Source: Candidatus Latescibacterota bacterium
Lineage (GTDB): Bacteria; Latescibacterota; UBA2968; UBA8231
DNA: 64,000 bases
Direction of reading: 5' to 3'
NCBI GenBank assembly: GCA_965248355.1
Contig: OZ252098.1
Span: 1,184,001-1,248,000, forward strand
A program made the position numbers and the translations under genes. Below are positions 1-6,934 of this stretch, piece by piece; position 1 is the first letter of the stretch; every line of letters begins with the position of its first letter. Below the pieces are notes generated by a model. That model was not told the origin of the DNA. It ran no database searches and saw only the letters and a list, made by a program, of their open reading frames with translations.

Positions 1-459
1 CTCGTTCTCCGGCCACTTGCGGTGCTCGGCGAAGGCCACGGCGAGGCGCTCGGCGTACTCGGTGACGGCGTAGGGGGCGAAGCCGACCTCTTCGGGGGCG
101 ATGTCGAGAGTGTCGCAGAGGGCGACGAAGTCGTAGCGCTGGTCGGGCAGCTCCTGGCCCTGCAACAGCTCGATGTCGGCGAAGTGCTCGGGGAACTCCC
201 CGTGCCGGACGTGCGGGGCGCCCCGGTTCTTGGCGATGTCGGGGTCGAAGGAGAGGTGGGCGGCCATCGGGCCGCCGGACCGGAAGAAGGCGGGCACCTC
301 CCCGGGCAGGACCAGGACCGAGGCCCGCGTCAGCAGGGCGTGGGTGTCCCCCCACCAGGCCGCCGCCGGCTGCGCCAGGGCCAGTCCGGCCACGACCACC
401 GAGGCCACGGACCAGGAGGCGGGACCCCTCCGCCGGCCCGTCCGGCCCTGCGTTGACAC
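1..459 (-). CDS. Secreted S1/P1 nuclease / Zn-dependent phospholipase C-like protein (N-terminal part; runs off window edge)
   Basis: Not in ORF track; manual translation from GTG 459: MSTQGRTGRRRGPASWSVASVVVAGLALAQPAAA|WWGDTHALLTRAS...FDPD...EFPEHFADIE...VGFAPYAV. Signal peptide followed by N-terminal Trp and His (WxxxxH), as in the P1 nuclease/PLC superfamily. Confidence 0.7.
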   Translation of the reverse strand, partial: MSTQGRTGRRRGPASWSVASVVVAGLALAQPAAAWWGDTHALLTRASVLVLPGEVPAFFRSGGPMAAHLSFDPDIAKNRGAPHVRHGEFPEHFADIELLQGQELPDQRYDFVALCDTLDIAPEEVGFAPYAVTEYAERLAVAFAEHRKWPENE

Positions 460-480
460 TCTTCGAGTGCTCCCTATAGT
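453..480 (+). promoter_or_regulatory. Sigma70-type promoter for peroxiredoxin
   Basis: TTGACA (453-458), 16 nt spacer, TATAGT (475-480); GGAGGAG RBS at 511-517 before ATG 527. Confidence 0.6.
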
Positions 481-526
481 AGAATTCATCGAACCTTCAT
501 CCTTTTGCCAGGAGGAGCAATACACC

Positions 527-1162
527 ATGGCGATTCGATTGGGCGACGAAGCGCCCGACTTCAGCGCCGAGACCACGGAGGGAACGATCTCCTTCCACGA
601 GTGGATCGGGGACGGCTGGGCCGTCCTGTTCTCACACCCCGCCGACTTCACCCCGGTATGCACGACCGAGCTGGGCACGGTGGCCAAGCTGAAATCCGAG
701 TTCGACAGGCGCAACGTCAAGATCATCGGGCTCAGCGTCGACCCCGTCGATTCCCACGGCCGCTGGATCGGGGACATCAACGAGACCCAGAACACGACCG
801 TCAACTTTCCCCTGATCGCCGATCCGGATCGAGAGGTCTCCAACCTCTACGATATGATCCACCCGAACGCGCTCGACAACCTGACGGTGCGCTCCGTGTT
901 CGTCATCGGCCCCGACAAGAAGGTCAAGCTCACCCTGACCTACCCCGCCTCGACCGGCCGCAACTTCGACGAGATCCTGCGCGTGATCGACTCCCTGCAG
1001 CTGACCGCCAAACACTCGGTGGCCACGCCGGCCAACTGGACGGACGGTGAGGACTGCATCATCGTGCCGGCCGTAAGCGACGAGGATGCCAGGAGCATGT
1101 TCCCGAAGGGCTTCGACGCGGTGAAGCCCTACCTGCGGATCACGCCCCAGCCGAACCGGTAG
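527..1162 (+). CDS. 1-Cys peroxiredoxin (Prx6 subfamily)
   Basis: MAIRLGDEAPDF...LFSHPADFTPVCTTE...YPASTGRNFDEILRVIDSLQ; PVCTTE is the Prx6 signature. Start moved to ATG 527 with RBS. Confidence 0.95.
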   Translation: MAIRLGDEAPDFSAETTEGTISFHEWIGDGWAVLFSHPADFTPVCTTELGTVAKLKSEFDRRNVKIIGLSVDPVDSHGRWIGDINETQNTTVNFPLIADPDREVSNLYDMIHPNALDNLTVRSVFVIGPDKKVKLTLTYPASTGRNFDEILRVIDSLQLTAKHSVATPANWTDGEDCIIVPAVSDEDARSMFPKGFDAVKPYLRITPQPNR

Positions 1163-1211
1163 TACCACCCGGCTCGCACCACCGTCCCCGGAGGAGCGGG
1201 AGGAGGCGGCC

Positions 1212-1679
1212 TCAGAACGGCAGGCCGTCGTCCTCCAGCGCTCCGGGGGGCTGGGCCGTCGTTTCGGGTTCCTCCGCCTCGTCGCGCCCGTAGAGGAGAT
1301 CGAGCTCGCCGGGCCCCCCGGCGCCGTCGACCAACCGGATGTCGGTGACGACGATTTCGGTCACGCTTTGCCGGTGGCCGTGGTGATCCTCCCACCTCCG
1401 GGTCTGCAGGCGTCCCTCGACGTAGACCCGGGTCCCCTTGCACAGATGCTGGCTGGCGACCTCCGCCAACCGGCGCCAGAACACGAGCCGGTGCCATTCC
1501 GTGCGCCGGCGGCGGCCGCCCTTGCGGTCGGTCCAGGTCTCGTCGGTGGCGAGACGGGCGGTGGTCACCCGGGTCCCGGAGGGGGTGAACCGGGTCTCCG
1601 GGACGTCACCGAGGTTGCCCGCGAGAGTCACCTTGTTGAGGCACTTGCCCGGCGCCGTACGGGACAGGAGATCAGACAT
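1212..1679 (-). CDS. ssb: Single-stranded DNA-binding protein
   Basis: LNKVTLAGNLG..PETRFTP, TEWHRLVFW, KGTRVYVEGRLQTRRW, acidic tail ending DDGLPF. Confidence 0.93.
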   Translation of the reverse strand: MSDLLSRTAPGKCLNKVTLAGNLGDVPETRFTPSGTRVTTARLATDETWTDRKGGRRRRTEWHRLVFWRRLAEVASQHLCKGTRVYVEGRLQTRRWEDHHGHRQSVTEIVVTDIRLVDGAGGPGELDLLYGRDEAEEPETTAQPPGALEDDGLPF

Positions 1680-1854
1680 CGTCCCTGTCCGGCCGCGTCC
1701 GGCGCTTGCGCCGCGCCTGCGGTGTCTCGATGCCGTAGCGGCGGCACAGACGGCCGAAACTCCCCGGAGCGATGCCGAGGGCCTGGCCGGCGTCGCGGTT
1801 GCTGGCGTAGATCCGCGCGGCCCTCTCGATCCGCTCTCGGTCGAACTGCTCCAT
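1672..1854 (-). CDS. Small helix-turn-helix protein (Fis/HTH_8-like), 60 aa
   Basis: NRDAGQALGIAPGSFGRLCRRYGI resembles the AA..LGI.......R..YGI HTH; AGGAGG RBS upstream; overlaps ssb start by 8 nt. Confidence 0.7.
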   Translation of the reverse strand: MEQFDRERIERAARIYASNRDAGQALGIAPGSFGRLCRRYGIETPQARRKRRTRPDRDDV

Positions 1855-1902
1855 GACTCGGAACCTCCTGGGATGGGGCTGACGTATCGGCGGGCCCTGT
1901 GG

Positions 1903-1939
1903 TGAACATCAGTATACTATTCATATGTGCATGTGTCAA
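1903..1939 (-). promoter_or_regulatory. Sigma70 promoter with overlapping imperfect palindromes (candidate operator)
   Basis: Minus strand TTGACA (1939-1934), 17 nt, TATACT (1916-1911); plus-strand TGAAC-ATCA-GTATA (1903-1916) and TATTC-ATAT-GTGCA (1918-1931). Confidence 0.7.
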
Positions 1940-3105
1940 CCCCCGCTCCCCGATCCCCGGTCCTGCTCCCCGAGATCCTCCAGCACCGAGAGCACCCGCT
2001 CGATGTCGGAGGTGCCGTTGTGGACGTGGCCCGAGATGCGCACGCGGCCGTACTCTCCCCAGACCAGGACGCCCCGGTCCGCGAGCCGCCGGGACAGTCC
2101 CGCGGCATCCTCTTCCAGGAAGCAGGTGTTGCCCGAGCGCGCCTCCCTCCGGGAGGGGGAGATCACGGTCCGGCCCAGGGAGCGCAGACCCGCGTCGACC
2201 GCTTCCGAGAGGTCGCGGGCATGATCCTGGACCGCTTCCAAGCCAATCTCCTCCAGACGGGCCAACGCCTTCTCCAGAAACATGATAACGACCATGGCAG
2301 GATTTCCCGGCTCAAGTCGCTCGGGCATGGGCCGCACCGCCACCTCCGGAGTCCGGACGGCTCCCTGAGCCGGCCAGACGGCCAGGTTGCGCCAGCCGAA
2401 GCAGCTGTCCCGGACGGCCTCGCCGGCTCGTTCGCCGAGGTAGCAGGGCGCCGTGCCGTGGGTGGCCAGCATCCACTTGTAGCTGCTGCTCACGCACAGG
2501 TCGGTGACCGCCGCGGGGACCTTGACGACGCCGGAGGAATGGGTGGCGTCGACGGCCAGCAGGCACCCGGGATGGGCGGCCAGACCTTGCGCCAGGGACT
2601 CGATATCGAGGTTCTGCCCCGTATAGAAGCCCACCTGGCTCACGGCGAGGACGCGGGTCCGGTCGTCGACCGCGGCCAGCAGCTCCTCCTCGGCCACGTT
2701 CCAGTCCCGGTGCGGTACCATCCGCACCTCCACTCCAAGGTCGGCGATGCTTCGCCACGCATAGGCCACGGAAGGGAACTCGAGGTCATCGGTGACGACG
2801 TTGTCGCCGGGCCGCCAGTCCAGGCCCCGGGCCAGCCATCCCATGCCCTCGGCCGCCGAGGGGACGAAGGCCACGCGGTCATGCGGCACGCCCCACAGCC
2901 GCGCCACCCGGCCGCGGCAGCTCTCGCCCCGGCGGTAGATCTCGTCGCGTCCGGCGAGTCCACCGCTCTTGAGGCGGGCGAACTCCCCGTAGACCTGGTC
3001 GAACTCCTTCAACCACGGCGCTTCCCCGCCCGTGCACAGGTGCGCGATCCCCTCCATGCCGGTGAACAGGGCCGGGTCGAGCAGCGGTGCGATCTCACGT
3101 GTCAT
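1936..3105 (-). CDS. Aminotransferase class V PLP-dependent enzyme (C-S lyase-like)
   Basis: GDNVV..DLEFPSV, DATHS, SSYKWML (PLP lysine), VRISGHVHN; no SufS/IscS catalytic Cys loop; ATGA overlap with recG. Confidence 0.85.
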   Translation of the reverse strand: MTREIAPLLDPALFTGMEGIAHLCTGGEAPWLKEFDQVYGEFARLKSGGLAGRDEIYRRGESCRGRVARLWGVPHDRVAFVPSAAEGMGWLARGLDWRPGDNVVTDDLEFPSVAYAWRSIADLGVEVRMVPHRDWNVAEEELLAAVDDRTRVLAVSQVGFYTGQNLDIESLAQGLAAHPGCLLAVDATHSSGVVKVPAAVTDLCVSSSYKWMLATHGTAPCYLGERAGEAVRDSCFGWRNLAVWPAQGAVRTPEVAVRPMPERLEPGNPAMVVIMFLEKALARLEEIGLEAVQDHARDLSEAVDAGLRSLGRTVISPSRREARSGNTCFLEEDAAGLSRRLADRGVLVWGEYGRVRISGHVHNGTSDIERVLSVLEDLGEQDRGSGSGG

Positions 3106-5219
3106 GGCTTCTCCCTCTCCTCGTCGACGGCGACCCGGGCCTCGGAGCGCGCCGCCTCGAGGAGATCCTCGTCGCGCACCAGATGAGCCACCCGAAGCTC
3201 CGGCATCCCCGCCTGTCTCGTCCCCATCATCTCCCCCGGTCCACGTATCTCCATATCCTTGCGTGCCAGTTCAAAACCATCCATGGATTCACACAATGAA
3301 TCAAGTCGGGTCCGAGCCGGGCCGTCGGCATCTTCGGCGTGGGCCACGAGGATGCAATAGGCCGCCAGCCTACCCCGGCCGACCCGGCCGCGAAGCTGGT
3401 GCAGCTGCGCAAGCCCGAAGCGCTCGGCGTGCTCCACGACCATCACCGTGGCGTTGGGGACGTCGACCCCCACCTCGATGACCGTGGTCGCCACCAGGAC
3501 GTCGATCTGTCCGCAGGCGAAGCGGGCCATGATGCCGGTCTTCTCCTCGGCCGGCAGGCGGCCGTGAAGCAGCTCGACCCGCAACTCCTTCAGCGGTCCC
3601 CGGACGAGCTCCTCGTAACCGGCCCGGGCCGAGCTCAGATCGGAGCGCTCCGAGTCCTCGATGACCGGGTAGACCACGTAGGCCTGCCGCCCCGAGGCCA
3701 CCTCGTCGACGACGAAGGCCAGGATCCGTTCCCGGTGGGAGGGATCCCGGAGGACGGTCCGCACCGCCTGGCGGCCCGGCGGCATCTCGTCGATGACGGA
3801 CACGGCCAGGTCTCCGTAGAGGGTCATGGCCAGCGAGCGCGGAATCGGTGTGGCCGTCATGATCAGCAGATCGATCCCCTCCCCCTTGGCCGACAGGCGG
3901 GTGCGCTGGGCCACGCCGAACCGATGCTGCTCGTCCACCACCGCCAGGCCGAGCCGGGCAAAGGAGACGCCTTCCTCGATCAGGGCGTGGGTGCCGACGG
4001 CGACGCGGATCGTACCGCTGGCCAGCCCCGTCAGGATCTCCCGGCGAACCACCGCCCGAAGGCCGCCCTTGAGGAGGGCGATATCCTCGACCCCGACCGG
4101 CGCGGCCAGCCGGCGCAGACTGTGGAAGTGCTGCTCCGCGAGGATCTCGGTGGGCGCCATCAGGGCTACCTGAAAACCGCTCTCCACGGCTTGCAGGGCC
4201 GCGCACAGGGCGACGAGGGTCTTGCCCGAGCCCACGTCGCCGTGCAGGAGGCGGCGCATGGGACGGGGACGTGCCATGTCGGCGCCGATCTCTTCGATCA
4301 CGCGCAGCTGGGCCCGGGTGGGCTCGAAGGGCATGGCGGCGAGAAGGCGCGGCACAAGGTCGCGGCTGGCGGGGGTGGCGAGGCCCGGCCGGTCGTCCAG
4401 CCGGCGCCGGCGGCGCTCCAGCTCGCGCTGGAGCAGGTAGAGCTCCTCGAAGGCGAGGCGGCGCCGGGCCCGCTCCGCGGCCTCGACGTGGGCCGGGAAG
4501 TGGGCGTCCTGCAGGGCCGGCCCGAGGCCGATCAGCCCGTGCCGTTCTTCCCCTCCCGGGGGCAGCTGCGTGCGTACGGCGGGCACCGAACTCGCCAGGG
4601 CGCCCCGCATGAGGCGGCGGAAACCGCGGCTGCCCAGTCCGCGCTCCTTCATCTGCGCGCTCGAGCCGTAGAGGGGCACGACGGCCCCGGTGTGGAGGAG
4701 TCCGTCCAGTCCGGACCCGGCGTCCGAGAGGTGCTCGTACTCGGGGTGGCTCACCTGGCGCTGGCCGCGGTAGAGCTCGACCCGTCCGCTGAGGGCCAGC
4801 ACGTCTCCGGCCTCGAAGGTGTGCCACCGGGCGCCCTGGAACCAGACGCATCGCAGGCGGCCGGTCCCGTCCTCGACCTCCACACTGTGCGGGGCCGATC
4901 GCCTTCCGCCGCGGACGGGGGGCGGCCGGGCAACGGACCGAACGGTGCCGACGAGGGTGACTTCCTCCCCCATGGGGGCCTCGGCGATGGAGACGATCCG
5001 GCTGCGGTCGAGGTAGCGCCGGGGCAGCCGGGCCAGCAGGTCGGCGACCGTGGCCAGGCCCTCCTTCCGCAGGGCCTGCGCCCGGCGGCGGCCGATGCCG
5101 GGCACCTCTTCGATCGGGGCTCGCGCCGGCTCACCGTCGAGCAGGGGCAGGGCCGGGGCCACGCCGGTCACCGCCTCGGCCCGCTCCGCGGCCGGCCGGT
5201 GACCGCTACGAGGGGACAC
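3102..5219 (-). CDS. recG: ATP-dependent DNA helicase RecG
   Basis: PRRYLDRS, wedge OB domain, RRRLAFEEL, GDVGSGKT, MAPTEILAEQH, DEQHRFGV, MTATPIPRSL, QLRGRVGRG, RGPGE; exact start uncertain. Confidence 0.96.
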   Translation of the reverse strand: MSPRSGHRPAAERAEAVTGVAPALPLLDGEPARAPIEEVPGIGRRRAQALRKEGLATVADLLARLPRRYLDRSRIVSIAEAPMGEEVTLVGTVRSVARPPPVRGGRRSAPHSVEVEDGTGRLRCVWFQGARWHTFEAGDVLALSGRVELYRGQRQVSHPEYEHLSDAGSGLDGLLHTGAVVPLYGSSAQMKERGLGSRGFRRLMRGALASSVPAVRTQLPPGGEERHGLIGLGPALQDAHFPAHVEAAERARRRLAFEELYLLQRELERRRRRLDDRPGLATPASRDLVPRLLAAMPFEPTRAQLRVIEEIGADMARPRPMRRLLHGDVGSGKTLVALCAALQAVESGFQVALMAPTEILAEQHFHSLRRLAAPVGVEDIALLKGGLRAVVRREILTGLASGTIRVAVGTHALIEEGVSFARLGLAVVDEQHRFGVAQRTRLSAKGEGIDLLIMTATPIPRSLAMTLYGDLAVSVIDEMPPGRQAVRTVLRDPSHRERILAFVVDEVASGRQAYVVYPVIEDSERSDLSSARAGYEELVRGPLKELRVELLHGRLPAEEKTGIMARFACGQIDVLVATTVIEVGVDVPNATVMVVEHAERFGLAQLHQLRGRVGRGRLAAYCILVAHAEDADGPARTRLDSLCESMDGFELARKDMEIRGPGEMMGTRQAGMPELRVAHLVRDEDLLEAARSEARVAVDEEREKP

Positions 5220-5259
5220 GCGGCCCGAAGGGGTGGATCATCCGGTGGTTCCCCCATGG

Positions 5260-5289
5260 TTGACGCCCCCGGAGCCGAGCCGGTAGACT
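5260..5289 (+). promoter_or_regulatory. Candidate sigma70 promoter for the membrane protein gene
   Basis: TTGACG (5260-5265), 18 nt, TAGACT (5284-5289) in the divergent recG intergenic region. Confidence 0.45.
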
Positions 5290-5343
5290 TGAAGCCATTC
5301 CCTCCCCAGGCCCTCCCCCGCCCTTTCCGCACGCGCGGTCAAT

Positions 5344-5823
5344 TTGCCCGAACGCCCGTCCTTCGCCCAGTTCCTGATCGGGGCGGCCGCCCTCGAACGC
5401 CCGTCCTTCCTCTACGCCTACCTGGTGATGTGGCTGCACCTGCTCATCAGCGTGCCGGTCCTCGTCTTCCTGGTCGAGGTGCCGCTTCTGGACGCCCTGC
5501 CGCAGATGGCCATCAGCTCCCCGAGCCTGGGGATTCTCCTGTACGGCCTGGGTTCGAAGAGATACGGCTTCCTGGTGAACCTCCTGCCCTACGCCGTCGG
5601 CCTCCGCCGGGCCATCGATCCGGCCGCCCTGGACTACACGTTCCTGCTCCTGGCCGTCATCATCTGCCTCACCTCCACCTACCTGCTGCTGTCGGAGGAA
5701 TACCGGCTCTACACCAGTGGACAGGTCGAGGATGAGCGCGGCCTGCCCCTTCGCGTCACCCTCTCCGTGGGGGCCGCGGTCCTGCTGCTGCTGCTCTACG
5801 GCCTCCACCTCCAGGCCCGCTAG
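5344..5823 (+). CDS. Hypothetical integral membrane protein (~4-5 TM helices)
   Basis: Several hydrophobic stretches, GC3-rich codons, fills the gap between recG and mraY; TTG start; stop abuts mraY stop. Confidence 0.7.
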   Translation: MPERPSFAQFLIGAAALERPSFLYAYLVMWLHLLISVPVLVFLVEVPLLDALPQMAISSPSLGILLYGLGSKRYGFLVNLLPYAVGLRRAIDPAALDYTFLLLAVIICLTSTYLLLSEEYRLYTSGQVEDERGLPLRVTLSVGAAVLLLLLYGLHLQAR

Positions 5824-6930
5824 TCAGCGGATCTTCAGGGTCGCCAGTCCCATGAGCGCCAGAATGCCGGCGATGATCCAGAATCGGATGACGATCTTGG
5901 TGTCGGCCAGCCCGCACGCCTGGAAGTGGTGGTGCACGGGGGCGCTGCGGAAGAACCGCCGCCCCAGCCAGCGGATGCCGATCTTCTCCTGGATCACCAC
6001 CGAGAGCGCCTCGCCGACGAACACCCCTCCGACGATGAGGAACAGGAACTCCTGCTTCACCAGCACGACCACGGTTCCCAGCAGCCCGCCAAGGGCCATG
6101 GATCCGGTGTCCCCCATGATGACGTTGGCCGGGTAGGAATTGAACCACAGGAAGCCGAGACAGGCGCCGAAGACGGTGCAGCAGATGATGGTGACCTCGC
6201 CGGCCCCGGGGGTGAAGGGAAAGATGAGGAAGTCCGAGATGCGCGCGTGACTGGCCACGTAGGCGAAGACCCCGTAGACGGCCACGGCGAAGGCCGCGGG
6301 CACCACGGCGAGCCCGTCGATGCCGTCGGCGATGTTCACGGAGTTGGCGATGGCCACGAGGGTGAAGGCGATGAAGGGGACGTAGCCGAGGCCGAGATCG
6401 ATGACCGGGGTCTTGACGAAGGGCAGGAAGAGCTTGGTGGCCAGACCCTCGGGCATGGGCGACAGGGGCTCGATGACAAAGGCCAGGCCGAAGGCCAGGC
6501 CGAAGAGGGCCTGGAGCACGAGCTTGGCCGATTCCGAGAGCCCGCGGTCGCTCGTGCCGTGGCGGACTTTCAGATGGTCGTCGAGGTAACCGAGGCCCGC
6601 GAACCAGATCACCGCCCCCAGGCTCATGAGGACGAAGGTCTCGTGCAGGCGGCACCACAGCAGACAGCCGGCGAGCACCGAGGCCACCAGCAGGGGGCCG
6701 CCATAGGTCTTGGGGGCGCGGGACTTGGCCGGAGGAAAGTCGAAGCTGCGGCGCGTATCGCGGCGGCCGCCGCGGTAGAGGGCGAGGATGACCCGGTCGC
6801 CGAGGAGGATGGTGAGCACCAGGGCGGTGATGGCCCCGCCGATGGCGCGGAAGCTGATCGAGTCGAGCAGCCGCAGGAAGGACAGGGCCTCGACGCTTTC
6901 GTTCAGGTAGGTTCCCAGATAGTAGAGCAT
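5824..6930 (-). CDS. mraY: Phospho-N-acetylmuramoyl-pentapeptide transferase (divergent MraY)
   Basis: ISFRAIGG, YLDDHLK, ANSVNIADGIDGL, FLWFNSYPA, MGDTGSMALG, APVHHHFQ; the usual GTPTMGG motif reads RAPKTYGG. Confidence 0.9.
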   Translation of the reverse strand: MLYYLGTYLNESVEALSFLRLLDSISFRAIGGAITALVLTILLGDRVILALYRGGRRDTRRSFDFPPAKSRAPKTYGGPLLVASVLAGCLLWCRLHETFVLMSLGAVIWFAGLGYLDDHLKVRHGTSDRGLSESAKLVLQALFGLAFGLAFVIEPLSPMPEGLATKLFLPFVKTPVIDLGLGYVPFIAFTLVAIANSVNIADGIDGLAVVPAAFAVAVYGVFAYVASHARISDFLIFPFTPGAGEVTIICCTVFGACLGFLWFNSYPANVIMGDTGSMALGGLLGTVVVLVKQEFLFLIVGGVFVGEALSVVIQEKIGIRWLGRRFFRSAPVHHHFQACGLADTKIVIRFWIIAGILALMGLATLKIR

Positions 6931-6934
6931 GGGA

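Noticed and set aside
453..473. CIRCE-like inverted repeat (CACTC-TTC-GAGTG) in the peroxiredoxin promoter
   Set aside because: Spacer is 3 nt rather than the 9 nt of CIRCE and the outer arms do not match.
6690..6770. Possible frameshift explaining the altered MraY TPTMGG motif
   Set aside because: The frame is open and MraY-like on both sides, and alternative frames do not restore the motif.
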